Shown here: positions 42,306 through 56,281 of the stretch, in pieces
How the letters are laid out: each line of letters begins with the position of its first letter
How positions within the stretch are numbered: the stretch's first letter is position 1
DNA from: the human T2T-CHM13v2.0 reference genome, Homo sapiens
Strand: one strand, 5' to 3'
Length of the DNA stretch: 64,000 bases
Assembly: GCF_009914755.1 (NCBI RefSeq)
Contig: NC_060928.1
Notes under the pieces: model-generated
The model's input: only the letters and a program-made list of their open reading frames with translations
What the model was told of the DNA's origin: nothing
Databases searched by the model: none
Program-made: the position numbers and the translations under genes

Positions 42306-42438
42306 CTAATATTAAAATAAGATTATTCAATTAAGAAATATCAACTTTAATACAAGTTTACTATTGCTTATTCTAATATTAAAATAAGATTATGCAATTA
42401 AGAAATATCAACTTTACTACATGTTTACTACTGCTGTT
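42306..42438. repeat. 67-bp imperfect tandem duplication near the exon 2 acceptor
   Basis: ctaatattaaaataagattat.caattaagaaatatcaacttta... at 42306 and 42373. Confidence 0.85.
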
Positions 42439-44039
42439 CTAATTCAAAACTAGCACTTCAAAACTGATATGGTATTGGGAAAGTAGTATTTAGTTTACCA
42501 ATAACATTTTCAAACCTTTGCCATAACCCAGATCCTCTTATTACAATACTCTCACATATCATACACCTGTCTGAATATAAGCAAGCATGTGACAAACCAC
42601 TAAAAAAAGGGAATTCTGGGCATGGCACCTCTCTTAGTCACAACCACCAGATCGCTTAATTGCCAGATTGCTTAATGAGTTTCTTCTCAGGCTACAGACA
42701 ACTTGGGAAATCCTCAGTTACGAAAGTATGTAGACCATTCTACTTTCTGAAAACTCACTTGGTCCTTATCTTCCACAGAAATTATCGTTAACAGCAACCA
42801 CTGTCTCAGTTTAAATTTTGTTTGTTGGCTCCCCACTTGAAGCCCTTTTATATACTATTTTTAAGGGTTCCATCCTCACTTTCTCTTCTTTCGCTACTAC
42901 TTTCATGGATAATCCCATACACATTAATGATTTCAGTCATCATCCATGTGAATTAACGCCTAAATCTTCAGCTATGACATCTCTAAACTCCATGTCCAAT
43001 CTCTGACGGCATACTGGCCACCTTTGTACGAATGGCCTATACACCCACACTCATAGCAAGTTAAAACAAGAAAAAGTGCATTATACTAACTAAACCTGCT
43101 TCTTCAGTTTCCATTTGATTTCACTGCTGTTAACTGGCAAAAAGTTGTACCCCTTTTGACTTCTTCAAATATTTGGTATCCTCTGCCATCACCCACAGAG
43201 TCAGAAGTAGTATCCTGACACTAAGTTGGCCTATTATGACGCCATATCCCTTCTGCTTTCAAAACGTATCCCCAAATCATCTACCATTTACTTTTCTTTG
43301 CTAGTAAAATGAGCTCTGAAATCCCACAAGATGATTATACTGCAATCTTAGTACTGCCAAGAAATCCAACCTTGTTTACAGTTGTTACTTCCCCCTCCCA
43401 GTACATTTCATACCCTCTCCTTCTACTCAAATCCTTCAGCCTTCTTCACTTCCACTCTCCGCTGATGACTTCCCTGAAAACTAAACTTCTCACCTCCTCA
43501 ACACGTGTCTATCTTGTTAACCTGTTCAGTACCCCACTCAACACACTCAACTATTTGTAGACAATGTTCAGTGTGGTTTAGTAACATCCCACATGCTGGA
43601 GTCCTCTCCAGCCCAGAGATTTCATATTTAAAAGACAGGTGTGGGGGCAAGGGGGAAAGGCTCTCACAAAACGTAAGAAGCATAAGATACTACTAAATAA
43701 CACTGTTTGGCTACTTTCATAAACACGTGTTCCCTGCAAGGATTCTATAAATTAACGTAATCATCAAGAGCCAGCTTTGAAACACAAAAAATAATACTTT
43801 TCCTGATCCCCAATGTATGTGGTTCAAAAAACAAAGCCTAGATGTGATGATAAAAAAAAATCAGATCTGACACAAAACTCAACTATAACCACAAAAGTAC
43901 AGCCTAAACTGAGTAGTTACGGAAATAACCTAAGATCCTCGGGTTTTCTAAAGTCTAACAAAAAATGATACGATCTATACATAGAACCCTTCAGGCCACC
44001 AAATTTAGGAAATAAGTCAGTACTAAGCTCAGATTCACA

Positions 44040-44879
44040 ACGCGACCTGCTTTGAGAGGCAGCGAATAAGGGGCAGTCGGAGCCAATACTTCAACACGTG
44101 AGCCCGGAGCACCAACGACCTGCCCACCCTCCAGGGCCCACACAAGCAACCTCTAGGCTCCTAGGCCCCAGCCACCCCCGCCCGTCATACAAGACCTCTC
44201 CCCACAGCTCCGGGTCCCTTAGGCACCCGACCTGTCCGAGTCCGAATCCGAGTCCGAGGTCTCCAAGGAGTCCGGCGCCCGCGCAGGCTCTGCGGCTCCT
44301 GGGGAGGTGACGCAGTCTCCGCAGGCCGGCGATTCAGCCGGTGGCTGTGGCTGCGGCGCCGGGGTCCCGGCCGCGACGGCGTTCAGAACGGGCTGCAGAG
44401 GCTGCTCCCCGGCAGGCTTAACCTCCACGGTCTGCCCAGCGTCCGGGGACCCCTCAAACGACTGTAGCGGCGGCTGTGTCCCTGGCACAGGGGCAGAGCC
44501 CGGAGACGGAGCCGCCGGACCTTCCCCAACTCCAAAGTCGGTGCCATTGAATTTCAGAGTTTCCAGCTGAGCGGCGGCGGCCTCCACTACCTCCATCGCA
44601 CCGCGCCAGAAACCGGGTCGGCCTCAGGATTGGGGCCCCTGGACAAGCTCACGGCTCTCTCCAGAAATAGAAAAACAACTTAGGCAACCGCAGCAACACT
44701 GCCTGGGCCCAACTTCCCGCGTTTCTCAGGTAACTACACGCGGAGGAGCCAAAAGACACGCCCCCGCCATTTACGCAGCAACGCTTTCCGAAGAGCGTGT
44801 GACGTATGTGGCGCGACGGCGCGACGGCGCTCGCGGGGGCAGGATACATGCGTCATATCTTCGAAAATCAGGATTAGGG

Positions 44880-44880
<1 letters not shown>
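44040..44880. promoter_or_regulatory. NAF1: CpG island and TATA-less NAF1 promoter / 5' UTR
   Basis: Strong local GC and CpG enrichment over exon 1; YY1-like CCGCCATTT 44764-44772, E2F-like TTCCCGCG 44714-44721, CRE/ATF-like TGACGT at about 44800 and TGCGTCAT 44849-44856. Confidence 0.85.
44232..44596 (-). CDS. NAF1: NAF1 coding exon 1 (365 nt, aa 1-121 plus 2 nt)
   Basis: ORF MEVVEAAAAQLETLKFNGTDFGVGEG...ETSDSDSDSD, recognised as the NAF1 N-terminus; donor CAG|GTCGGG at 44232/44231; lies in the CpG island. Confidence 0.97.
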
Positions 44881-45171
<291 letters not shown>

Positions 45172-46084
45172 TCAGGACTAGGGAGGCCCTAAATCGACCG
45201 TTTTCACTGCGTCATGTGAACCATTCAAGGCCTGAATGTCGGATTTTCCTATTGCTGCATGTGAACCAATTCTGCTTGAAGCGCCAAAATGAAGCAGGGA
45301 TTATACAACAGGGGGGTGCCTGAAGAATGCTAAGTTCTGTACATCAGAAACTTGAGCCAGGAAGTCTTGACAAGACGCTAGTAACTTCATGAAAGTTAAA
45401 TGAAGTTTATCCATCAATAGATCCATCTGTCGATAGATAGGGTATTAACCATTTTTTCAAAAATGTAACTACAACTATTCCATTTTCCTTTCTCCAAAGT
45501 ACCCTCAAAGAGAGCAGTAATGGACAAAATTTTGCTGTGTTGTTCATGTTATGGTGATGTCTATATCATACTTAGCACTGTTTCGTAGTAGAGAGATGAG
45601 ACTATGAGACTGAAATGTACTCACTTATTGTTGGAAACCACTAGTCTAAATTGTGGAGAAAGCAAGCAGAGTTCTTAGGACTGAGGAAGAGATCAGAATT
45701 TTCTGGTTTCCTATTAGGTCTTCAGTTTGAGGCATCAGTCCCTGTGTAGTAATAATAATCATTGATACCATTTGTTAAACATGCATATGTGCCAAGGACT
45801 GTGCTAAAGATTTTATAAATTATTCACTGAGAATTTAGTGTGTCATCTACAACAGTAGATCTTCATAGAAATGCAAGGCAAGTGTAATAAGAGTAAGGTT
45901 TTAAGAAGCTTACAATCTACTTGAAGTAGAGAAGGGCAATGCACAGGAGATAACTAGAAAAATATTTGAAATATGAAATAGAAAATCCAAGTGCAGCAGA
46001 AATGGGAAGTAGGATTGGTAGGCTATTTCATGGAAATCCTCCAAAGTGAAGAAGGACTTTAAACTTGGGATACGAACTTACTAG

Positions 46085-46310
46085 CACAATGATTAAGCAG
46101 AGCTCAGAGTTTTCAACTAAAAAGACCTGTGTTCAGGCCTCAGCTCTACCATTTTGTGTTTGGTGTTACTGACTTTGGGCAGTTAATCTAAATCCTAATT
46201 TCCTTATCTGTAAAATGGAGATAAAAATACTATCTCATTTAGTTCATGTGAGCACTAAGTAAGGCTTTATATAAGGGAGTGGCATGTCATACATTCAGTG
46301 TGCAAAAATA
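46085..46310 (+). mobile_element. MIR
   Basis: agacctgtgttcaggcctcagctctacc...tttccttatctgtaaaatggagataa core. Confidence 0.7.
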
Positions 46311-46606
46311 CTTGGAAAATGGAACAATGCATGAACTCACGAATAAAATATTTAATTAACAATGATCTTGCAAAGACATGCAGTACAGATTTGAGAAGGG
46401 AAGACGTTTGAGCCAGAATTATTCCCCAGCCAGCCACTTTGTTGCATTTTTCCAGGAATTAGGTGATAAAAGTCTGAACTAGGCTTACAGTCAATGAAAT
46501 AGAGTAAAGGACATCCCCAGCATCAGGGGAAGAATAAAAGTACTCTAAAATTTCTGGTCAAGGAAATTAGAAAGAAGTTGGTATTACCAATAAAAACGGA
46601 GAAGTT

Positions 46607-46911
<305 letters not shown>

Positions 46912-47364
46912 AAACGGAGAAGTTGGAAAGAGATGTGGGTATGTGAAGTTGAGTCTGAAGAAAAACTAGACAATTAAAAATGTAAATAGGCATTTAAAAA
47001 TAAGAAACTGGAATTTGACAGAAAGGTTAAGACCAGAAGCCTAAGTTATGGGATAATTGAAATACTCATTTGTTCATTCAGTAATCATTTTCTTAACATT
47101 ACGATATGCTGTGCACTGCATTATAAACTATGCATACAGGAAGATAAACACAGTCCCTACCCTTATGGAGTTAACAGTTCAGTAGAACAGACAAGTTGAA
47201 AACAAGCAGAAGGTACTATAGTAGAGAAATGTACCATGTAAATGCAAGAATGTATGAAATGGGAAAACTAAAGACAGAGAAGATACTTGGAAAATTAAGG
47301 AAAATGTACTATAAGAGATATATCGTGGCTATAAGAGTAATTATAGCCATAAGGCTCACTCAAG

Positions 47365-47826
47365 TGTCTTGAGGGGCTGACACTAAATGTATTTATCAAT
47401 ATAATACTAACTGGCCCTGGAGATTTCCACCCCTGGCCCAGTGATTTCCAGGAGACCAGGCCACTTCAGCACAGATGCAACTTTCATGAACCTTAAAGCT
47501 TACCCTTGTAAGAATAGCTTCGACTCCATTTATGAGAGAAACATCTGATAACTGACCAAGCTGAATACAGGTTTTAAAAAGGGGGAAGAAACCCCCAACA
47601 CTGAGAACAGTCTCTGGTTGGAGGCTCTCTTGATCATCCGAGCCCTGACTATCTGGTCTATACCCCCAGCCTCTTCCCACTATCTTTTAAGAGCGATGCC
47701 AGAATAAACTACTAAAGCATGAGACAGTCTCTAAGACTCATCTTTGACTTGAATAGAACTGAATGGGAGAAGTCACCTCTAGGAAAGCTGGTTAAACAGG
47801 ACCACCCAACCACTGCCTCACTGACA
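47365..47826 (+). mobile_element. Probable old solo LTR, family not identified
   Basis: TG...CA-bounded block of about 460 bp, GC-richer than its flanks, with a TATA-like site and AATAAA at about 47703. Confidence 0.35.
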
Positions 47827-47989
47827 ATGACAAAAGGCTTTACAATGCGTGTGATACTTGAGCTGGACTTTTAAAGAGAACCATGAATTTGTTAATCTGA
47901 GAAAACAGGAGACCTTCACAGGGGATAATAAATAAGATCATTGTAATTTCCTGCTTAATTATTTATAAACTCTAAATATTTGTAAGCAC

Positions 47990-48500
47990 ACTTAGAATAA
48001 AATTCAGACTCCCTGCTTTGGCTTTCAACAGTCTACCTGATCTGGCCACTACTTACCTCTCCAGTTTCTATCTCCTACCGTCTTCCCCACCCTTGTTTCA
48101 CATGAGCACTGGTCTTGATCTCCCTTCAACTCACCAAGTTAATTCTTCACGTGTGACATTTTCACTTTTCTGTTCTCTCTTCTCTTCATATTAACGTGGC
48201 CTTTTTACTCATTTATGGTTCTACTCAAACACTACACCTAAGAGAGAGCTTTCCAGACCACCCAATCTAAGTGCACCCCTCAATACCAATCACTTCCTAG
48301 CTTATAGCTCACTGTTTTTATTTAAATAGTATTTATCTTCACATGAAATTATATTTATTTACTTCTTTATTGTCTGTTTTTTCATAAAATTAAGTCTCAG
48401 GTGCCCAGGATCTTTGTCTAATTCACAGCTGTTTCTCTAAGTGCCTGGAAACAGAATAAATCCTATAAGGATTTTTGAATGGATGAATGAAAGAAAGAAA
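47990..48500 (+). mobile_element. L2 3' end fragment
   Basis: Pyrimidine-rich L2-like body ending in gtgcctggaaacagaata...gaatggatgaatgaa. Confidence 0.6.
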
Positions 48501-49441
48501 GAATAAAGCTCAATGGGACAATCAGAGTAAGGAATATGACTTAACAGATAATATCTGTTATTCTTTCAATTTAAATTAATCTGATGATATCTAAGAAAGG
48601 CTACTGTTTTTAAATAAAAGTCTTTTGTTTGTGTGGTGGAAATGTTTCTGTGTTTCAACATAATGATAGTGGTACCTATGCCTAGCTTTGAAGTAGGTCA
48701 GTGTTTCACAAATGGTAATTTTTCTAAGTGCTTGTTTCAGAATGTCCTGAATTTACCTACTTCCACAGCCTTCCTCTCAACCGCATTATTTCTAACAGTT
48801 GCTAAACTTAGCCTGAAGTCTTTAACCTAAGACTAAATCCAAAAAAACACCTTGGAAGACTGTGTAGCTTACAGGGTCACTATTAACGTTATGAGAGAAT
48901 TTACCTTGAATTAAATTACAATTTAAATGGCATATTACATTTCAAAGGGAGCACGTAAAACTTAAATTATTTCTATAAATGTCACTGATTGATCTTAGTC
49001 TATTTCAATGTTTAAAAATACATGAATAGACACATTTACATTTCCAGAAACCTACAATGCACTTGCTAGATAAAAATGATGAGATTTTCTAATATATATC
49101 ACAAAATGATTAAAAGCAGGTTATGTGACTGTTTGGGTGAGTTGCTATTCCTATTTATATATTGTAGCACTAATTTAAGTCAAGGTCATATGTTTGCATT
49201 GCCAACTAGTGTAGTAGGGAAAAGAGAGGTATAAGTGCTATTTTAACTCAAAATGGACTGAAACTCTACTGGACTCATTTGAGAGTATGGACAGAAATTA
49301 TAGATTAGAGACTAGGCATCTCTTGCCACCTAGTCTCCTCTCACACTCAGCTTGTAAGAGAGTGACTTATCAGATAAGAGAGTGACATCTGACTGGTGAT
49401 CTTGGGAAAAGGAACTGAGCATACTTGGTCCAGTATCTTTG

Positions 49442-50199
49442 TGTTATAGGAGATAGAAATTATTTAGGTAGAGAGTTAGGGTGAGTCCCAGGCAGAAAAC
49501 TTTCCTTCTAACAAAAAGCAGCTCAGAAATAGCTCCCTTTTTAACCTCAATCAGTTCAAAGAAATCACTTCCTTTCTAACAAAGAGCAGCCTGGACGCTC
49601 AGGCTGTAAAACACATATAAGCAACTAAGGCACAGAGTGGGGAGTTTCCTGGGTAATCACCAAACTTCACATACATACAATGGGTCCCAGTAAAAACAGT
49701 GGGCCTTCATAAGCATATCTCTTTCTCTTTCTTTAGGCATACTAAGACAGGGAAGCTGGAAGTAGGCACAGGTGAGATACCTGCAGCTGCAAGAAGGTGC
49801 CTGGGAATAGGCACAGACACTCTTCCCTCCCTTTTAGCACACACAAACAGCACAGAGCAGCATAAACTAAGAGTGTACCCACATGATCAAAGAATGGGGT
49901 GGGGGCTGATAGAGACCCTGCTCTATGCAGATAGCACACCTGGTCCTAACCATTTGTTCGGGCCCTAGGAAGATAAGTCACACCCTCCTTACTAGCCCAT
50001 TTATAAAAAACTGACATTTTTTACTACAACTTGGCAACCTGTTTGGGACCCCTCTCCGTGACCGAGAGCTGTTCTTTTCTTTTGCCGAATAAACTCCTGC
50101 TCCAGTCTCACTCTCTGTGGTTATGTGTTCATGTTCTTGATTTCCTCAGCTGTGAGACCAAGAACCTTGGTATTTACCCCAGACGATGAGGCCATTTTA
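49442..50199 (+). promoter_or_regulatory. 5' LTR (758 bp)
   Basis: TATAAA 50002-50007, AATAAA 50088-50093; collinear with the 3' LTR. Confidence 0.88.
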
Positions 50200-50203
50200 T
50201 ACT

Positions 50204-50221
50204 TGGGGACCCATCCGGGAT
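50204..50221 (+). other. Primer-binding site complementary to tRNA-Pro
   Basis: TGGGGACCCATCCGGGAT vs canonical TGGGGGCTCGTCCGGGAT (3 mismatches); candidate splice donor AAG|GTAAAT follows at 50227/50228. Confidence 0.85.
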
Positions 50222-51494
50222 TTGAAGGTAAATTTATCGGCAGGATGAGTATAGGAGCGGACTCTATACTTTAATTTCCGAGGCTTCTCATCCTCAGTTT
50301 TTATTCTCTCAACTATCAAAAACCCAGGCATTTGACAGCTGATTAAGGAGCCACCAGGGCAAGTTGCTGCTCTTGAAGACTCAAAGGAGAGGCTTGCTGG
50401 GGAGGACTTAGTCAATCTCCCAGTGTCTTCGGGGTGCTGGGAATGTTGGCCCTGTTCCAAACCAGTTTCCTTTCATGGAGAACCTGGCCATCCTGTGGGG
50501 CTGGGAGAGGTCCTGGAGCAACTGAAAATTTCTGTCTGGTCAGGGCTATACCCTGGTGCTATCTAAAGGCTTCTGGACTGTCCCCAGCCCCCAACTGCCC
50601 AATCAGGTGTCAGCTACAGGATCTCCAAGCTTTCCTACTGCACATTATACTTTCCTCCTTTCCTTTCCACTGTCACCATGTCTCCCATTTCCTCTCTGTA
50701 TGCAATGCAGCAGGAGTTTTTACAGCCCTGGAAAAAATTCAATTAGGCAGGCTTAGCAACCACCTTAGAAACCAGGAATGCAGATCAAAGGATTGCTCTT
50801 TTTGTGATTTTCTACAGACAGGGAGATTTTCCAGTTCTTTTCTGTTTTGCTTCCCTCTGCTAGAGACCAAACTTTTTGCCCCCTCTGCAAGCGGGAGAAC
50901 TCTGCTTTCAGCAGTGAGGAGAAAAATGTCCTCCAAAACCACATTTTAATCTCAATACTCTCTCCATTAGCAGAAAGGCTACCATTTGACCTTTATGTTC
51001 TCTTAAGACACCTATTCTGCCTACAACTAGAATGGCATCTAAATAGAAAGGGGATTTTGTGTCTCGAAGTTAACTGGAACCACTACCTAAGAATAAATTC
51101 TCTAATCTGGTCCATAAGAGCAGATTATAAAGCTCAATCCAGTATACTCCCTCCATTAAGGGGTCTTGCCCAAATGCAATTGTTACATAGTCTCTCTCGA
51201 GACCCATCCATCAAGGAGTCATGCAGACCACACAAGTCTAGGAGGTCAAAGGGTAATCACCAAGCAGAGGACTAAGGTCACATGGGCTAGTAGTGTGACT
51301 AGCCCCATTGCTTAGTTCTGTGGTACCATGGTTTGAGGGTCATACCTGCAACTATGGGTGGCACTACAGTGCCAGGACCCAGGAACCAAGGAGGGAGAAC
51401 AGTTGGGGTGATGCTCCCACTGTCTTTCCCCTCCACCCTGGGTCACACTGAAAAGAACAAGGAGACTGAGGGATGCCTCTTGTCTCTTTTCTAA

Positions 51495-52660
51495 ATGGAT
51501 AACAAGCCATCTTTGGCCTGCACTCCTCTGGAGTACATTCTGAAGCACTGGAACTCCTTTGACCTTGAGACTTTGAAGAAAAAGTGGCTCATTTTCCTTT
51601 GCACAAGGGCGTGGCCTTCTTACTATCTTGGAAATGAACAGACCTGGCCAGCTGAAGGAGCCTTGGTTTTAATCTTATCCAACAATTAGACCTTGTTTGT
51701 AGATGGGAGGGCAAGTGGCCCAAGCTCCTCTATGTACAGGCTTTCTTTGCCTTGAGAGACAACTCAGACCTTTGCAAGCATTGCACAATCGACTAAGCCC
51801 TCTTGATGGCCATATTGGGCAAGTCTGTAGAGAGTAGACTAAGTCAGAAAAGCAAGTTTTTAAGGAGCCATTGGAGGCAACTTCTAAGTGCCCCACCAGT
51901 TCTTCCTGTCCCCCTTATCCAGGATGCCCTGTGACTGTGCCATTGGCTCCTCTGGCTCCTCCAGCTCCCCCATCTCCAAAGCTCTCCACTGCCCCATCTT
52001 CACTCTGACCCCTACAAAAAATGCCAGATGGAATGGGCACCACTAGGGTGCAAGTTCCCTTCTCATTACAGGACCTTAGGCAAATAAAGGGAGACTTGGG
52101 CCAATTTTCTGATGACCCTGATAGGAATATAGAGGCCTTCTAAAATTTAACTCAAGTGTTTGACCTCACGTGGAGGGATGTTATGCTGTTTCTAAGCCAA
52201 ACCCTCACTGCAGCTGAAAAAGTGGCACTCTGCAGGCAGCAGAGAAGTTCGGAGATGAAAAACATATCTCTTATAGTAGGCCAAAAAGGAAAAGGGGAGA
52301 TATAGAAGGTGAGGAAATAACAGAACAACCATTCCCAATATGAAGAGAGGCTATACCTCTTGACGATCCTGATTGGACTCCCTGTGACCCCATAGACTAA
52401 TGGAAAAGGAAACGCCTTTTAATGTGTGTGTTAGAGGGCCTTAGAAGAACTAGGGGCAAACCACTTAATTACTCTAAGTTGTCCACAATAGACCACAAGC
52501 CAGATGAGAATCCCTCAGCCCTCATGGAAAGGGTGAGAGAGGCACTAGTAAAACACACCTCTTTGTCCCCTGATTCAATTGAGGGATAGCTCATTCTAAA
52601 GGACAAGTTTATTATCCAGGCAGCTCCTGATATTAGAAGGAAACTACAGAAACTGCCATT
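51495..52660 (+). pseudogene. ERV gag remnant (MA/CA), stops and frameshifts
   Basis: CTPLEYILKHWNSFDLETLKKKWLIFLCTRAWP matrix-like motif; capsid-like QKPDENPSA-type and KDKFIIQAAPDIRRKLQKL segments. Confidence 0.85.
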
Positions 52661-55600
52661 ACTGCTCAGAAGCCCTGGGTGATTCTGGAAATTGAAGGGA
52701 GGAGGGCGGACCTCCTCCTGGACACTGGAGCCAGTCTTTCTGTTCTCCTCTCCAATCCAGGCCTCCCCTCTTCCCATAGCACAATCATGGTGGGTGTTAT
52801 AGGAAAGACTAACACGGTTTTTCTCTCAACCCCTTACTTGTAGTCAGGGGGACTTGTTATTTACACATGCCTTCTTGATCATGCCTGAAAGTCACATTCC
52901 TTTATTAGGTAGAGACATTTTAGCCTGCATAGGGACTAGCATCCTCATGGCCCTGGGACAGACTTTTTGTATTCCCCTAATGGAAGCCAATATTAATCCA
53001 GAAGTGTAGGCGGCTCAAGAAAGAATAGGTCGAGCTAAAACTGATAGGCCAGTTTAGATCCACCTTAAAAATCCCACTTCTTTTCCTAACCAGAGACTAT
53101 ATCCCCTAAAGCCAGAGGCTAGGAAAGGGCTAGAAACCATAATAATAACCTGAAAACGCAAAGCCTCCTCAAACCCTGTAACAGTCCTTGAAATACCCCG
53201 ATACTAAGAGTGCAAAAATCCAATGGGGAATGGAGACTAGTTCAGGACCTCTGCCTCATTAATGAAGCCATAGTCCCAATTCATCTGATAATTCCTAATC
53301 CCTGCACCTTGGTAATCCAAATACCTGAGGGAACAGAATGGTTTATAGTCCTAGATTTAAAGGATGCCTTTTTCTGCACACTGTTACATCTTGACTCTCA
53401 ATACCTATTTGCCTTTGAGGATCCCTCTGGCCAAACTTCCCAGTGAACCTGGATGGTGCTGCCTCAGGGATTTCGAGACAGTCCTCACTTGTTTGGACAG
53501 GCACTGTCTCATCCTCAGACCAGGTCTTGCAATATGTAGATGATCTTCTGTTCTGTGCCCCAAGTGAGGAAGATTCCCAGGAAGGCACTGAAGCTCTTCA
53601 TAATTTCTTAGCTGACAGAGGATACAAGGTTTCAAAATCTAAGACCCAGCTTTGCCAGACTTTAGTAAAGTAACTGAGTTTACTGCTGTCTGAGGAAACC
53701 AGAGCATTAGAGAAAGAAAGGGTTAAGCCCATTTCTTCCTTCCCCCTCCCCAAGACCCTCAGGCAACTAAGAGGATTTTTAGGCATTACATGATATTGCA
53801 GACTGGATACCTGGGTATGGTGAGATAGCCCGACCTCTATGTCAGCTCATGAAGAAACTCAGGCAGCTAAAACTCACTTCCTGACCTGGGAAACTGAAGC
53901 CCCAAAGGGCTTTAACCAGTTAAAGCAAGCCCTACTTAAGGCACCAGCCCTCAGCCTTCCCCGACGAGGGCCCTCAATCTTTATGTATCTGGTAGCAGAA
54001 GCCACCAAATTAACCCTGGGAAATGGCTTAACTGTTTACACTCCACACAATGTAGAAGGATTGCTGTCCCCTAGGGGAAGCCTTTGGCTAACAGACAGCC
54101 GGCTCCTTAAATATCAGGCTCTGCTGTTAGCAGGGTCAGCAGTTCAGCTAAGAACTTGCTCTCACCCAAATCCAGCCATTTTCCTCCCCAAGGAAACTGG
54201 GGAATCTGAACATGACGGTGAACACATTGTGGTACAGACCTATGCAGCCAGGGAGGATCTCAAGGAGACTGCCCCAGAAAATCCGGACTGGACCCTCTTC
54301 ATGGATGAGAGTTTCTTTGTAGAACAAGGAGTGAGTAGGCAGGATACACAGTAGTCACTCTGAATAATGTTATGGAAAGTGCACCTCTCTCCAGGCACAA
54401 GCGCTCAACTAGCTGAGCTGACAGCTCTTACAAGAGCACTTGAATTAAGCAAGGGAAACGTAACTAACATTTACACTGATTCTAAGTATCCTTTCTTAGT
54501 TCTCCATGCTGATGCTGCCATCTGGAAGGAGAGGCACTTTCTAACTGCTAATAGGTACCCTATAAAATACCATCAGGAAGTTAACAGGTTATTATCCTCG
54601 GTTTTCCTTTCTTGAGAGGTAGCAGTGATGCATTGTAAAGGCCATTAGAAGGAAATAGATGAAACAGCGGAAGGAAACAAGTTAGCTGATCAGGCAGCCA
54701 AGTCAGCAGCAAGAAAGCCTCAGGGCATCAACACACTTAAAGCCCCTCTAGTCTGGGAAGGCTCCGTAACAGCAATGAAGCCTCAGTACTCCTCTGAAGA
54801 GATAGAGTGGGCCACTTGGAGGTACATTTTCCAGCCTTTAGGATGGCTATAGCCAGAGAATGGCAAACTCCACTTGTCACCTCCTAGACAATGGAAAGTC
54901 CTTAAAATTCTTCACCAAACTTTTCACTTGGGAAAGGATAAAACTTATCAGTGTGCCCAGAGATTGTTTTCAGGAGATAACTTACTAAAAACAGTCAAAT
55001 AGTGTGGCTTAAAAATAATTCCCTCAAGAAACGTCTCCTTCCTCCTCAAACCCAAAGAATAGAGAGCTATCCAGGGCAGGACTGGTAAATAGACTTCACC
55101 CACATGCCAAAGGCAAAGGTGGGACTTCTTTCACTAATGGGTAGAAGCATTTCCATGCTGTACAGAAAAAGCCTCTGAGGTAATAAAAGTTCTAGTTAAT
55201 GAAATAACTCCCTGCTTTGGCCTACCTAAGCATCTCAAAACTGACAACAGCCCCTCATTTAAAACAGCTGTCACCCAGAGGGGCCAAAGGCTCGAGGCAT
55301 ACAGTATCATCTCCATTGTGCTTGGATGCCCCAGTCCTCAGGGAAGGTAGAGAAAAAAACAACATTATCAAAAGACACCTCATAAAACTGTCCAGGGAAA
55401 CTCACCTTCCTTGAGTCACTCTTCTTCCCATAGCTTTACTACAGGTAGGAAGTATCCCTTCAAAGTCAGACTTGAGCCTTTTCGATATGCTGTATGGACA
55501 GCCTTTCCTTACAAATGACTTCCTATTAGACCAAGAAACCTTGAATTGGTTAAGCATGTAACCTCCCTAGCTCACTTCCAACAGGAATTAACCAACTAGT

Positions 55601-55894
55601 GGAGGTGGCCCAACACTAGGAAACAGGACCACCTTTATTTAACCCAGGATATTTAGTACTGGTGAAGGCTCATTCCTCTCTCTCTCCATCTTTAAGCCCA
55701 AGTTGGGAGGGACCTTACACTGTTCTTGTTTCTACCCCCTCGGCAGTAAAAGTTACAGGAATCAACTCCTGGATACATCACAATCAAGTTAAGCCTTGAA
55801 GAACTGAAGGAGAAGTCCCTGACAGCTCGGAACACCCTCAATATCACTGTGAAGAAATGGGGGATCTCAAGCTGAGAATCACCAAAGATAAGTA
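52661..55894 (+). pseudogene. ERV pro-pol remnant (protease, RT, RNase H, integrase)
   Basis: LLDTGA at about 52715, WRLVQDL, DLKDAFF, QYVDDLL, SAQLAELTALTRAL/YTDSKY, WEGPY at about 55704; multiple stops. Confidence 0.9.
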
Positions 55895-56281
55895 AATGAG
55901 TGAGGACTATTCATTCTACTTAGTCCCACCTTCGTCCTACCAGATACTCTCAGTTATTTCCACCTTTCCCTTTGAGATTTGCCACCAGATATTAGAACTC
56001 CTCTTTGACGCATACTTGCAGGGAGACTGACTATCTGTGGGGTTACATTTGTAGCTTCATAGACTCACAGGGGGAAATTCTATATCCTGGTGAATAAAAT
56101 TTTAAATAATTTACTGCATTACAGTTGGAGGAACTGCTATGCTCACTCCACTGTTTGCAGTTGGACTATATACTGTGGCAGCTGCACAGTGGAATTCTGG
56201 ACAAACAATTCTAGTTGCTCTAATATTGTGCCTGATTATCACCTTTATAGCAGGCCTAATAATTACAGGAAAAAGACAAAT

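Noticed and set aside
44098-44570. + strand ORFs antisense to exon 1
   Set aside because: GC-rich shadow ORFs starting at non-ATG codons, with no splice or homology support
50434-51275. 171-aa and 142-aa ORFs in the proviral leader
   Set aside because: Non-ATG starts in the pre-gag leader and no recognisable domain
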